A stretch of DNA of 64,000 nt, taken from NCBI RefSeq assembly GCF_006345805.1, contig NC_043009.1, forward strand, positions 10,044,001 through 10,108,000, read 5' to 3'. A program made the position numbers and the translations under genes. Under the pieces are notes generated by a model that was not told where the DNA came from, did not search any database, and was given only the letters and a program-made list of their open reading frames with translations. This DNA is from Octopus sinensis. Lineage: Eukaryota. Below, one piece after another: positions 36,370 to 50,732 of the stretch. Position 1 is the first letter of the stretch, and the number at the start of each line of letters is the position of its first letter.

Positions 36370-36775
36370 CCATCAAACCACAAGAGCTTCAAGTGTCACC
36401 CTTCTCGGTCAGAACGGAGTCCGATGAGATGATCTTCGGGAAAATTTTGATGCGTTTCATCCGCTTAAAGAAATTGAAGCGGTCTACATCGTATCGGTAT
36501 ATACAGTGGAAGCGCCATCCAACCAAAATGCAAATATATGGGAAACTATCAACTGTGTCATCTCTTGTGAAAGGTAGGAGAGTCCAGTTTCTGGACATTG
36601 TTGTAGAGCTGAAAACGAGGTAATTTCTACTCTTCTCCTCTGGAAGCCATCTACTCGCAATACCAGAGGGCGCACATCTCGTACCCTGATGTAATCTCCA
36701 GGGATACAGGCATCCAGCAACAGGACCTCCGTAATGCCATGATGGACCGTGAACAATGATGATGATGATATACAG
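36370..36775 (+). mobile_element. RTE-type LINE 3' end with (TGA)n tail
   Basis: WKRHPTKMQIYGKLSTVSSLVKGRRVQF...WKPSTRNTRG...YPDVISRDTGIQQQDLRNAMMDR; same family at 60935-61170. Confidence 0.75.
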
Positions 36776-37359
36776 TGAACAGATATACAGTGAACAGAAC
36801 TGGAACGGGTGTCGGTCGCATTTGGTAACACAGACAATAGAGTCGAGCTCAGTCAGTCTGCTGTACAAGAAAGTTCCCAGCTTAATGCGACGAAGGAAGC
36901 ATTCGGTGTCTTACCACGTCTTAAACTAAACTACAATTGAAATGAAAGTACGAGGCGAACACCTTTACCAAGGATCGGAGATTTCACATAAAACGTTGAT
37001 TTAATCACGCCCCAAACTGTGATTCTACTCTTGAGAAGAGAATATGATTTCTCACACCGACACAATTAGAATATTTCCGAATGGATGAACTTTAAACTAG
37101 AAAACGTTTGTCTTTGAAAGAAGTCAAAGTTAAAACATTATATATTTTGACCCAGAAAACTTGAAAACGTTGACGAACACTAAATTGTCCTAAACACGGG
37201 GATTATCCGATGAGTATTAAGGTAATATCACCGTGTAGGAAAATCTGATTAACGTCCAGTTTAGATTATCGAAAGAATGGACAAGGCTTCTGTGATGAAA
37301 CACCAACTTAAGGATGAGTTTGAAACCAGGATTTTTAACTGTTGATTCTAGTAATAATA

Positions 37360-37386
37360 CACACACACACATCTATGTGTGTGTAT

Positions 37387-37433
<47 letters not shown>

Positions 37434-37500
37434 TATATATATATATATATAATATCACACATATATATATAATATATATTATATATATATCTATATTATA

Positions 37501-37542
<42 letters not shown>

Positions 37543-37608
37543 ATAAAATAATATATACAATATATATATATTATATATATATATATTATATATATATATA
37601 TGTAACCA

Positions 37609-37651
<43 letters not shown>

Positions 37652-38092
37652 TTATGTATGTATGTATGTATCTATCTATCTATCTGTCTGTCTACCTGTC
37701 TGTCTACCTGTCTGTCTGTCTGTTTGTATACACATACACATATATATATAATATATATATACATATACATGCACATACACACATACATATGTATGTATGT
37801 GTATGTGTGTATACACGTATAAATACAAACACGCACACACATGCATGCACACACACACACACTCACTCACTCACACACACACACACACACTCACACACAG
37901 ATACGGAACTGAAGGCAGGCAACAGATGCACTGTGCGGACCCTGAATAAATCAACAGAGCTTAGGAACCGGAGATCAACTGGAAGAATGTTCTCATATAT
38001 CAGGACACAATTAGAGAAATCACTGCCGTCGTCATATTTGTTCATAGCCTAAGTTATATAGGGGGGGTGGGGTGCGCGTATGCGCATATGTA

Positions 38093-38132
<40 letters not shown>

Positions 38133-38172
38133 TATATTATGTATATATATATATATAATATACATCTATATA

Positions 38173-38234
<62 letters not shown>

Positions 38235-38372
38235 TATATTGTATATGTACATGTATGTACATGTATAAATATACATATGTTTACTTACGCGTTTATATAT
38301 GAATATATACGTATGGATAGATATATGTACATAAATCATATATATATATACATATATATATATACCTATACA

Positions 38373-38409
<37 letters not shown>

Positions 38410-38612
38410 TATATATATATATACATTAGCACATACACACATATTATATGTATATACATATATTTATGCATATATCTATATAAATATATATACACATATA
38501 TATATGTATATATATGTGTGTATATATACATGTATAATATTAATATATATAATATATACGGGTGAGTGGACAAACGACAGAAAGACGCATGTATATTATA
38601 TATATATATATA

Positions 38613-38653
<41 letters not shown>

Positions 38654-38730
38654 TATATATATCTATATATATATAATATATATATATATATAAATGTATA
38701 ATGTACAGAATATATATATATTAATATATA

Positions 38731-38761
<31 letters not shown>

Positions 38762-38782
38762 CTGTACTTATATATATATATA

Positions 38783-38814
<32 letters not shown>

Positions 38815-38820
38815 CATATG
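37360..38820. repeat. Microsatellite-rich block (TA, TATC, CA)
   Basis: Direct reading. Confidence 0.9.
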
Positions 38821-39439
38821 CGCGTGTCTCTGTGTATGTATATAATTAATGTAATTGATTCGTTAATCCTGATAACGTTGGAGTTAGTCACGAGTGTATA
38901 GCCATTAAGACGTTTATAAACGTCGAGCAAAGTTTTAAATATGATCCGTTAATCGATATCGAACTGCTGGCACTCTGAGCAGCAATATTTAACGCCTCCA
39001 CGGCTGTTTTACTTTACCTGATTTTATTTGAAATTGTTTTTCATTTCATCCAGATAAAAATAAATCAGATTTTTGATAAATTATTGATGTTCGATACAAC
39101 GCCTATTGTAAAGAAATAGGTGAGTTTATCTTTCGTGCTTCCGAGTTCAAACACACACACACACACATGTTTCTATTGAGATAATTTCATTTCGTTTACG
39201 TAAATTATTAGATTATGCTCTTGGGAAACGTCTAAGTGTTACACAATCCAGATTTCCCTATATAAATATAAATATTTGGTGGTGGTGGCGGCGGTGGTGG
39301 TGGTTGTGAAGGGCCTCCTTTGTTCAGCGATTAGGATTCAATTACTCAATCACATAAATTACCTGCTCTTGAATTTACGCGTAAGTTGTTCAGCATTCCT
39401 TTCTACCATAGGCAGAAGGCCTGAAATTTTGTGGTTGAG

Positions 39440-39785
39440 GGGACTAGTCGATTACATCAACCCCAGTGCTTCACTGGTACTTTTTTTACCGATCCCGAAA
39501 GGATGAAAGGCAAAGTCGACCTCGGCGGAACTTGAACTCAGAACGTAGCGACAGGTGGAATACCTATTTCTTTACTACCCACAAGGGGCTAAACACAGAG
39601 AGGACAAACAAGGACAGACAAACGGATTAAGCCGCTTATATCGACCCCAGTGCCTATTTAATCGACCCTGAAAGGATGAAAGGCAAAGTTGATCTCGGCG
39701 GAACTTGAACACAGAACGTTGTGACGGGTGGAATATCGCTAAGCATTTCGTCCAGCATGCTAACGACTCTGCCAACTCACCGCCC
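39440..39785 (-). mobile_element. SINE family A dimer, partly deleted
   Basis: Junction GAATAC|CTATTTCTTTACTACCC near 39560. Confidence 0.85.
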
Positions 39786-40199
39786 TAGATGCTCAGCATT
39801 CCACAGACACATGATCCCTCCGACAGAAACAGCGTGATTCTGTACATTCCATCCGACAGGCATTCTGAACAGTTTTCATATATACAATTTTACTCACAAG
39901 ATATAGACCGTCCCGAGACTATAGAAAATTGCATTTTTTTATTAGGATGCCAAACAGTGAGATCGAACCCGAGAGCACGTGGTCGCGAAGTGCACGTCTT
40001 AACAATTTGCCATACTACTCCAATGTAACTAAGGATTGTAGGAAATTTTGCCATAAAAATTTTTGCCATAAGAAACTTGGTTCTAAATGACCTCATCACG
40101 TTTTGTTTTTAATGTTTGATATTGAATATAGGCTCACCTATTCAATGCTTTTATGAAAACCTTTTACCATTCTTTCTAGTTCGTATTTTAAAAACTGCT

Positions 40200-40610
40200 G
40201 ACAGGAGTGGCTGTGTGGTAAGTAGCTTGTTTACCAACCACATGGTTCCGGGTTCAGTCCCACTGCGTGGCACCTTGGGCAAGTGTCTTTTACTATAGCC
40301 TCGGGCCGACCAAAGCCTTGTGAGTGGATTTGGTAGATGGAAACTGAAAAGAAGCCCGTCGTATATATATATATATATATATATATGTGTATGTGTGTTT
40401 GTGTGTCTGTGTTTGTCCCGCTAGCATTGCTTGACAACCGATGCTGGTGTGTTTATGTCCCCCGTTACTTAGCGGTTCGGCGAAAAGAGACCGATAGAAT
40501 AAGTACTGGGCTTACAAAGAATAAGTCCCGGGGTCGAGTTGCTCGATTAAAGGCGGTGCTCCCGCATGGCCGCAGTCAAATGACTGAAACAAATAAAAGA
40601 GTAAAAGAGA
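40200..40610 (+). mobile_element. SINE family B, full length
   Basis: GGAGTGGCTGTGTGGTAAGTAGCTTG ... ends AAAAGAGTAAAAGAG. Confidence 0.9.
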
Positions 40611-41462
40611 GAGTAATACTCTTTATCATTGTCCGTACGGCAAATTTGTCTCACAGCGGTTTTCCTATACGAAATTTCTTACTGTGGACTTTCCGGACAT
40701 GGTAACTAAGTCACCAGGTGTGTATGCAATGAGATAAGGAAACGATGCAATTATTGTTAAAAGTATTGTGAGATCTGATTAAACCAAGCAGATTATGTTT
40801 CCATGGCTGATACCATCTGTCGCTCGCAGCTCTCGACAGGAGTGTCACCTGCTATTTTCCTTTTACCAGTATCGAGAGGTAGGATTTGAACTTAGGACGC
40901 GAAGAGCCGCAAACAGATTTCGCAACACATGACATCTGATGTTCTAACAATTCAGCTAATCCGCTAAACTGGCTTGGTATTTATTTATCGACCCCGAAAT
41001 AATTTCTGATTTAGGCACAAGGCTAGCTGTTTTTTTTTTAGGAGAATGTTTAGTCAACTGCATCAACGTCAGTACTTGAATGGTACTCTATTTTTTGCAG
41101 TAATTGTTTTTGTTTTTCGGTAATTTCAACATAGGAGTGATGAAAGGCAAAAGTTGACCTCGGCGGTGTTAGAACTCAGCACGCAGTCATGAGACAGATG
41201 CTGCAATGTACTTATTCCGATGCTCTAATGATTCTTTCAAGTCCCCGCCAATTCAACGACCTCGAAATAATTGTTTCAAATTTTAGCATAAGACCAGCAT
41301 ATTTAAGGGAGTGGGTGTTAGTCGATTACATTGACCCCAGTACTTGACTTGTGCTTATTCTATCGACCCCGAAAAGATGAAAGGCAAAACCAACCGCGGG
41401 CGATTTGAACTCCGTGTGTTGGAAGAAACGCTGCTGATCATTTTATTTGTCACGCTAACGAT

Positions 41463-42555
41463 TCTTATTTCTTTATTGCCCACAAGGGGCTAAACACAGA
41501 GGGGACAAACAAGGACAGACAAAGGGATTAAGTCGATGACATCGACACCAGTGCGTAACTGGTACTTAATCTATCGACCCCGAAAGGATGAAAGGTAAAG
41601 TCGACCTCGGCGGAATTTGAACTCAGAACGTAGCGGCAGACGAAATACCTATTTCTTTACTACCCACAAGGGGCTGAACACAGAGAGGACAAACAAGGAT
41701 AGACAAACGGATTAAGTCGATTACATCGACCCCAGTGCGTCACTGGTACTTAATTTATCGACCCCGAAATGATGAAAGGCAAAGTCGACCTCGGCGGAAT
41801 TTGAACTTAGAACGTAACGGCAGAGGAAATACCTATTTCTTTATTACCCACAAGGGGCTAAACACAGAGAGGACAAAAATGGACAAACACAGGGATTAAG
41901 TCGCTTATATCGACCCCAGTGCGTAACTGGTACTTTATTTATCGACCCCGAAATGATGAAAGGTAAAGTCGTCCTCGGCGGAATTTGAACTCAGAACGTA
42001 CGGCAGACAAAATACCTATTTCTTTACTACCCATAAGGAGCTAAACACAGAGCGGACAAACAAGGACAGATATAGGTATTAAGTCGATTACATCGACCCC
42101 AGTGCGTAACTGGTACTTAATTTATCGACCCCGAAATGATGAAAGGCAAGTCGACCTCGGCGGAATTTGAACTTAGAACGTAACGGCAGAGGAAATACCT
42201 ATTTCTTTATTACCCACAAGGGGCTAAACACAGAGAGGACAAAAATGGACAAACACAGGGATTAAGTCGCTTATATCGACCCCAGTGCGTAACTGGTACT
42301 TTATTTATCGACCCCGAAATGATGAAAGGTAAAGTCGTCCTCGGCGGAATTTGAACTCAGAACGTACGGCAGACAAAATACCTATTTCTTTACTACCCAT
42401 AAGGAGCTAAACACAGAGCGGACAAACAAGGACAGATATAGGTATTAAGTCGATTACATCGACCCCAGTGCGTAACTGGTACTTAATTTATCGACCCCGA
42501 AATACCGCTATGCATTTCGCCCGGTGTGCTAACGATTCTGCCAACTCACCGCCTT
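41463..42555 (-). mobile_element. SINE family A tandem array (about 6 units of about 183 bp, with a higher-order 2-unit duplication)
   Basis: Repeated junction AAATAC|CTATTTCTTTA; the diagnostic variants GGACAAAAATGGACAAACACAGGG and CCATAAGGAGC recur at a spacing of about 365 bp. Confidence 0.95.
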
Positions 42556-43717
42556 AAAGAACCCGAAATAATCTTTTCTACTAAAGGGATAAGCCTAAAA
42601 TTTGTGGGGAGGGGGTTAATATATTGCATCGATCCCAGTGTTTAGCTGATACTTATTTTATCAATCCCGAAAGAACGAAATGCAAAATCTACCTCGGCAA
42701 AATTTGAGCTCAAAACGTAAAGAGAGCTGGAACAATTACCACAAACTTCTGTTTGATTCTCTTACGACTCAGTTACTTCCCACCCACTTCAAGCTAAACA
42801 ACGAACATCGTTCGATATATAACAAAACGCTATGAAAACTATCTGCTCACTAAGTTGATGACCTAGTTTAATCTTCCGAGCATAAGTCTACCTAGTAGAA
42901 GTTGTTTCAGCTCTTTGAGTTCAAACCACACCAAGGCTGAACTTAGCTTTTTATCGAACCATTTAGTTCCGGATCAGAGCGGTGAATCTACGGAAGGGCG
43001 GGTGAAATACTTTGCTGTACATGTTCGAGCTCTGAGTGTTTTGAGTTCAAATCCCAATTCTTGTTTCTGAGATGGTAATGGGACCCCCACCTCCGCAAAA
43101 AAAAAAAAAAAAGAATTTGACATTTCTGTGAATAGTGTGTGATAATTGTTCCAGCTAGCTATGCTTTGAGTTCAAATCATGGCGAAGGCCAACTTTTGCT
43201 TTCATTATTTCTGGGATGTTAAGACAGCGAGCTGGCAGAATCGTGAGGACGCCGGACAAAATGTTTAAGAGAATGGGGTTATTCGATTGCATCGAATCCA
43301 GTATTTTATTGATATTTATTTTATCGTCCCGACAAGACGAAAATCAGCAAATGTAAAAACCAATGGAATCACAGTTTCCATCGTTCGATTGAAAATCGAC
43401 TGTGATGATGATAAAAATGGTGATGTGCAAGATCCAGAGTTAGAAATACAAGCAGACAACGCTCCTGATAGCGGCCTCTGCTTCTTATTCCTGTAACAAA
43501 CAAGGACTTTACTTTGGATAATGAGTATCTAAAGACATTATACCTGAAAATAAAGAGACAGCCGTCATGGGTAAACGAGTGTGACTAGGTCACGTGTACT
43601 ATGTTCCCACCAATTGTTTTAGGTGTCTGTGTAGTTGCGAGAAGGTATAAAGGAATAGACATCCTCCCGATTCTCTTGCACTTTACCCCCAGCTGCATAT
43701 GCAAAGTGTGACAGCTG

Positions 43718-43757
<40 letters not shown>

Positions 43758-44051
43758 GAGAGAAAGAGGGAGAGAGAGGGAGAGATAAAGAGAGGAGGAT
43801 GTGGGGGCTGCATCAGTATACAGCTGTTACTCCTGAGTAGACGTGAAATGAAGTCTTTGCCCATGGAGACAAAGCGCCCACCGGTACAGGGATTGAACCC
43901 ACAAGGTTAAGGCCGTGAGTCGAACAATCTAGCCACTAGGCCTCTTCCGTTTCTGCTTACATGAAAGCGTGTTAACTCTGAAAATAGAAAGACTGGATGG
44001 TCATACCAGAAGACTTTAGATAATCACAGGCGGGAGAAACAACAACAGCAA

Positions 44052-44400
44052 GTGGTGGCGGAGGATCGCGGTTTCGATTCCCAGACCGGGCGTTGTGTGT
44101 TTATTGAGCGAAAACACCTAAAGCTCCACGAGGCTCCGGCAGGGGTTGGTGGCGACCCCTGTTGTACTCTCTCGCTCCAACTTTCTCTCACTCTTTCTTG
44201 TCCCCGACTTCCTACGCAACCGCTGAGCCTGGATGCGCATTCATCCATCCATCGATGCTCTCGGTGTCGGGGGTTGACCTGCTCTCTCTTCTGCGGGTCT
44301 TACGAATAGCAAATGACCACGTTTCGGACTTTTCCCCATCTTGCAAGCTCTGGGACGAAGACCATTCGCTCAACAGCAACAACAACAGCAACAACAACGA
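44052..44400 (+). mobile_element. SINE family C (5'-truncated head) with the long tail
   Basis: Homologous to the reverse complement of 23085-23440. Confidence 0.85.
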
Positions 44401-44521
44401 CGACGACGATAATGACAACGTGAGAAATAATGGTGCCTAAGAGGCAGCTTTTATCTGGCCGCCTAAACTGTTAGATATAGCAGCCAGATTTCCCTTAAAT
44501 CACATTCTACTTTCTTGAAGA

Positions 44522-44621
44522 NNNNNNNNNNNNNNNNNNNNNNNNNNNNNNNNNNNNNNNNNNNNNNNNNNNNNNNNNNNNNNNNNNNNNNNNNNNNNNN
44601 NNNNNNNNNNNNNNNNNNNNN
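44522..44621. other. Assembly gap (100 N)
   Basis: Run of N. Confidence 1.
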
Positions 44622-44876
44622 AATTAATTCATTCATGCATGCATACATATATACATACATACATGCATACATACATACATACATACATACATACATACAT
44701 ACATACATACATACATGCAAATAAAAATACCCTGTTGTTGATGTTGAAATTCCAATGAAGGAGTTTTGGATCTAGGTTAGAAATCAGCTCTTTCTCTATT
44801 GGCAAGAAATCTTGAAGTAAAACTAAACCATGACACACACACACACACACCACACACACACACACAGACACACACA

Positions 44877-44918
<42 letters not shown>

Positions 44919-45689
44919 AATATATATACGTACATAATAAAGTAGATAGACTTGTATAGGGAACCTGATGGTGTAAGCAAATATTCCCAGTATTGTTTCT
45001 ATTCTAAATATGTGCAACCTCGGCGTTAGATCTTATTAGAATGATATGCCAGTTTATATTTTTGAAAGTTTATATAATAAATACGTTAGGACGCCTATTC
45101 ATTTAGAATAGGATGCGATTTCGTGTACATTTTACGTGGGTTGTTGATCCTGAAGCAATCGTAGGGTTTTGTAGCTAATCGAAAAAAAACCCCCAGAAAA
45201 ATTGAAATAACTGCATATAATATTGCTTTTAAATTTTGGCACAAAGAAAGCAACACAAGGAACATCCCCCTTCTTCAGCTGCCCCTGCTTCGACTACTCT
45301 GTGTTTCGAAGGTAAGGGCAAGACACGACTTCATTGAAACAGTCCTTCCCGCAAAACAAATTACATCGACATTAGTGCGCAACGGATACTTATTCTATCG
45401 ACCCAGAAAGGATGAAAGGCAAGGCCAACCTCAACGGAATTTGAACTCAGAACGTGAAAACGGACGAAATGCTATTAAGCATTTTTGCCCAGCGTGCTAA
45501 CGATTCTGCCAGCTCATCGCCTTATATTTGCGAATAATATAAATGATCTTTGGAATGATAGTAAAAATACCAGGTTTAAAACGTATATATGTGTCAAAGT
45601 CTTCTTACCTTCATGAAGCGAGTGTGTTATGAACACACATTCATCTAATAAGTTGTTTTCCAATGGAAATACGACAGTGTATATATATA

Positions 45690-46010
45690 GACGCAGGAGT
45701 GGCTGTGTGGTAAGTAGCTTGCTTACCAACCACATGGTTCCGGGTTCAGTCCCACTGCGTGGCACCTTGGGCAAGTGTCTTCTACTATATATATATAGTG
45801 TGTCTGTGTTTGTCCCCCTAGCATTGCTTGACAACCGATGCTGGTGTGTTTATGTCCCCGTTACTTAGGCGTTTCGGCAAAAGACCGATAGAATAAGTAC
45901 TGGGCTTACAAAAGAATAAGTCGGGGTCGAGTTGCTCGATTAAAGGCGGTGCTCCATCATGGCCGCAGTCAAATGACTGAAACAAGTAAAAGAGTAAAAG
46001 AGTAAAAGAG
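45690..46010 (+). mobile_element. SINE family B with internal deletion
   Basis: Head and 3' half joined at ...TCTTCTACTATA(TA)n. Confidence 0.85.
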
Positions 46011-46019
46011 TTATATATA

Positions 46020-46835
46020 TATAAAACTTACTTGGATGCGTGGCGTTCGATCATATAATAACAAATTAATAAATAAAACATATGCATACATACATACATA
46101 TGTTACATACTTACATCTATATGTATATATACATGCATATATGGGTACAGGACACAAAAAAAAAACGCAGAACACAACGAGAAACGAAAACATAAAAACA
46201 AACACATGGAAACGGACTTTTTCAAACAACGAAAAAACAGAGTACAAGACATAAAACGCAAGGAACATTCCCCTTCTTCAGCTGCCCCTGCTTCGACTAC
46301 TCTGTGTTTCGAAGGTAAGGGCAAGACACGACTTCATGGAAACAGTCCTTCCCGCAAAACAAATTAAATAAAATTTGGGATTTTTTGCGGAGGGGTAAAA
46401 ACGGTGACAAGAACAGGTAAGTAAAAACAAAACAAGATAGTAAAAGCAATACAAATGAAAACAGTAAAAGACAGGACAAAGAGAATAACACAGTAAAAAC
46501 AAACGATTAGGGTTTTTAAGCCTAGACAATGGAAAAACTTAATTTGAACGCATTGAGAAAACGGCTTACGAGGACAGGAGAAGCCGTTGTGGACTGTTGA
46601 ATGCAGTAGTCAGAAAGAAAGTTAATTACCCTCTAGTCAGCGACGAGAGGGAGGAGGAGGAGGAGGAGTAAGAGAGAGGGAGAACGGTGAAAGGGAGAGG
46701 AGAAGAATAGGGAAGAATGGGAGAGAAAACCAGAAAGGATGAAAAGTAAGAGAGGGAGAGAGAGACAGGCAGGGAGGAAAGTAGGAAGGAAAGGTCAAAT
46801 TAAGAGTTAAGAGTGCACATCATAATTATTAAGAT
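46020..46835 (-). mobile_element. Unclassified retro-type repeat with purine/pyrimidine tract (copies at 45260-45350 and 62700-63490)
   Basis: Shared CCCCTTCTTCAGCTGCCCCTGCTTCGAC...TTTCGAAGGTAAG, GGAAAGGTCAA-T-AAGAGTTAAGAGTGC and CATA-rich tail. Confidence 0.65.
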
Positions 46836-46889
46836 AATATATGTATACATATATATATTTAAAGCTATATATGTGTGGATATATATATA

Positions 46890-46920
<31 letters not shown>

Positions 46921-47343
46921 AATTGATGAAGATCAAGAGAACGGAGATTTACACATCCAAGTTTTATTATAATGTTATATTTACATCGTTCTTCACTTAG
47001 ACTTAATTGAAGAATGATGTAAATAAGTGTATCACAAAACTTAGATGTGTAAGTCTTCAGTCTCTCGATCTTCATCAATTTCATTATTTTCTCTATCGAT
47101 TCTATGCAGTCCTTATAAGGACATTCGGATTTACTAAATGAGTATTAATCAAGTATAATAAATCGAGTTTAGTAAATTCGGGTTTCATCAACACTCACTG
47201 TGGTTAGCCGGCATTGACAAGCGATAAGATCGAATACAGTAACAGCCAGGATTATTTTATATCCCTCGAAACCATTTTGGGAACTATACATACATACATA
47301 CATACATACATACATACATACATACATAACATACATACATACA

Positions 47344-47376
<33 letters not shown>

Positions 47377-47393
47377 GCATATATATACAAACA

Positions 47394-47435
<42 letters not shown>

Positions 47436-47559
47436 TATATATATAATATATATATAATATATGACAATTATCTCAGAATAAGAAAAGTGACCAATTTAAA
47501 TTTGGAAAGCCCTCTTACTCGATCAGCTCTCTCTGATTCTGACACAGTAACGCTTTTAA

Positions 47560-47699
47560 GCAGCAACACCACCACCATCACCACCACCACCACCACCACC
47601 ACCACCACCACCTTCACCACCACCACCACACCACCACCACTACCACCACCACCACCACCACCACCACCACCAACAACAACAACAATAATAATGATAATA

Positions 47700-47785
<86 letters not shown>

Positions 47786-48009
47786 CTTTTCTACTATAGG
47801 GAAAAGGGCTGAAATTTGGGATAGAAGACAAGTCGATTACATCGACCCCGGTGTTTCGCTAGTTCTTAATTTATCGACCCCAAAATGTTGAAAGGCAAAG
47901 TCAACCCCGCGGAATTTCAACTCAGAGCGTAAAGCTAAGCATTTTGTCCGACGCTCTAACGGTTTAGCAAGCTCGCCGATGTAATAATAATAATATATCA
48001 ATATAATAA

Positions 48010-48052
<43 letters not shown>

Positions 48053-48068
48053 TAATAATATAATAATA

Positions 48069-48112
<44 letters not shown>

Positions 48113-48330
48113 TAATCAAATAATAATAATAATAATAATGATGATAATAATAATAATAATGATAATAGTAATAATAATAATCGACACCCGTGGTTGCGTG
48201 TGGCGCAACAAACAAATACAAATATAGTGATGTCTTTATTGTCAATACAAATACTACCATTAGTGATGATGCCAATAATATAATAATAAAAAATAATAAT
48301 AATAACAATAATATAATAATAATAATAATA

Positions 48331-48371
<41 letters not shown>

Positions 48372-48440
48372 TAATAATATAATGATGATAATAATAATAA
48401 TAATAATAATGATGATGATGATGATGATGATAATAATAAT
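47560..48440. repeat. Trinucleotide microsatellites (CAC, GAT, AAT) around a degenerate SINE A
   Basis: Direct reading. Confidence 0.9.
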
Positions 48441-48834
48441 CCCATAAATACCGCAGTTGTGATGTTCAAATTACATTTGTGGTAACAGCTTGAAAGAGTG
48501 GACTGCCGTTGCCAAAATGTCAGCTGTGCGATCACGTCAAAGCGCCATATCGATCTGGCCACATCTGGTGGCTGCAAAACAAAGAATGGGATGCTTGGGA
48601 TCAGGGATATTGTTCCCCGGCACATAATGGCTCCTACTCATTCATTGACTGTGCACGCAATACAAGCATGCCTACATACACACATGCATGCATACATACA
48701 CGCATATATACATACATACATACGTACATACATACATACATACATACACACATACTTACATATATACATAGTACATACATACATATATGTATATATGCAT
48801 AAAACCACGTATATGTATGCTATGTGTAAGCCTG

Positions 48835-48875
<41 letters not shown>

Positions 48876-48965
48876 CTATATATCTATCTATCTATCTATC
48901 TATCTATCTAACTATCTATCTATATATATATATATATATGTACATGTATATGTATGTATATATGA

Positions 48966-49027
<62 letters not shown>

Positions 49028-49510
49028 ATATATATACATGTGCACGCGCGTGTGTGGGTGGTGTTGTGTGTGCGTTTGTGCACGTATACATGATATATAC
49101 ATGATATGTATATATAAATATGTTTAGTATATATATATATATATACATATATAGATGCATAAATGTACACACACACCTGCACATATATATACGTACACGT
49201 TTTCCCATACTTGCGCGCGCGCGCACACACACAAATATGTTTGTTTATACATAAGCATTAGATGTGGTTATATAATGGGAAAAATCATGAATAAATTACA
49301 TATGATAGTATATATATATAATTCATTTTTGCAAGATTTGGTTTACAAGATTCTTTATTTGAATTTCGTGTGTTGAAGCATAATTTATTAAGTCTGGGGC
49401 GAGTCATTCTGTTTGAATGCCTGATTAATTAACACACTCACCGGTTCGATTTCCACTAATTTACTTATTTATTCATGCATCTCTCTCTATATGTATGTAT
49501 GTATGATGTA

Positions 49511-49579
<69 letters not shown>

Positions 49580-49588
<9 letters not shown>

Positions 49589-49905
49589 TTTACTTGTTTC
49601 AGTCATTTGACTGCGGCCATGCTGGAGCACCGCCTTTAGACGAGCAAATCGACCCCGGGACTTATTCTTTGTAAGCCCAGAACTTATTCTATCGGTCTAT
49701 TTTGCCGAACCGCTAAGTGATGGGGACATAAACACACCAGCATCGATTGTCAAGCAATGGTAGGGGGACAAACACATACACACACATATATATATACACA
49801 TATATACGACAGGCTTCTTTCAGTTTCCGTCTACCAAATCCATTCACAAGGCATTGGTCGGCCCGGGGCTATAGCAGAAGACACTTGCTCAAGATGCCAC
49901 GCATA
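49580..49905 (-). mobile_element. SINE family B (5'-truncated)
   Basis: Family B sequence. Confidence 0.85.
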
Positions 49906-49939
49906 CATACATACATACATACAGACATACATACATACA

Positions 49940-49975
<36 letters not shown>

Positions 49976-50399
49976 GTATGTTTATACATATCTATTTGTT
50001 AAGCTCCATATCTATGTTTTGTGTGAGCGTTTCTGCGAGCTCGTGTATGAGAAATGTTTCTAAAGATAATATGACGAAGTAGATAAAGCGTTAGGTTACC
50101 TACTCGTAAGTGTTGAGTTCGAGTCCACCTCTCGCTTTTCACAGATTTTGTGCAATGTACTATATTCTACATTACTTCATGAAATGCGGCTTTCCTAGTT
50201 TGCAATTTAACTGTCACACCTTAATTATAACGATACTTTGAGAAAAAGAAAAAAAAAAAGCGATTAAAACTTCGCTCGAAATATTAATTTGAAAATGTTG
50301 GCACAAAGCCAGTAATTTTTGAGTAAGGGGTAAGTTGATTCATCCGGAAGGATGAAAGGCACATTCGACCGCGGCGGAGTTTGAACTCAGAACATAGTC

Positions 50400-50732
50400 A
50401 AGCGATTTCTAGCGTTGATCAGTAAGTGGCTGAGCACTCCATAGACACGTGCACCCTTAACGTAGTTCTCGGGGATATTCAGCGTGACACAGAGAGTGAC
50501 AAGGCCGGCCTCTTGAAATACAGGTACCACAGAAACAGGAAGTAAGAGTGAGAGAAAGTTGTGGTGAAAGAGTACAGCAGGGATCACCACCATCCCCTGC
50601 CGGAGCCTCGTGGAGCTTTTTTTTAGGTGTTTTCGCTCAATAAACACTCACAACGCCCGGTCTGGGAATCGAAACCGCGATCCTATGACCGCGAGTCCGT
50701 TGCCCTAATCACTGGGCCATTGCGCCTCCACA
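50400..50732 (-). mobile_element. SINE family C with a fourth tail type
   Basis: C head at about 50620-50732; tail GTACCTGTATTTCAAGAGGCCGGCCTTGTCACTCTCTGTGTCACGCTGAATATCCCCGAG. Confidence 0.85.
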
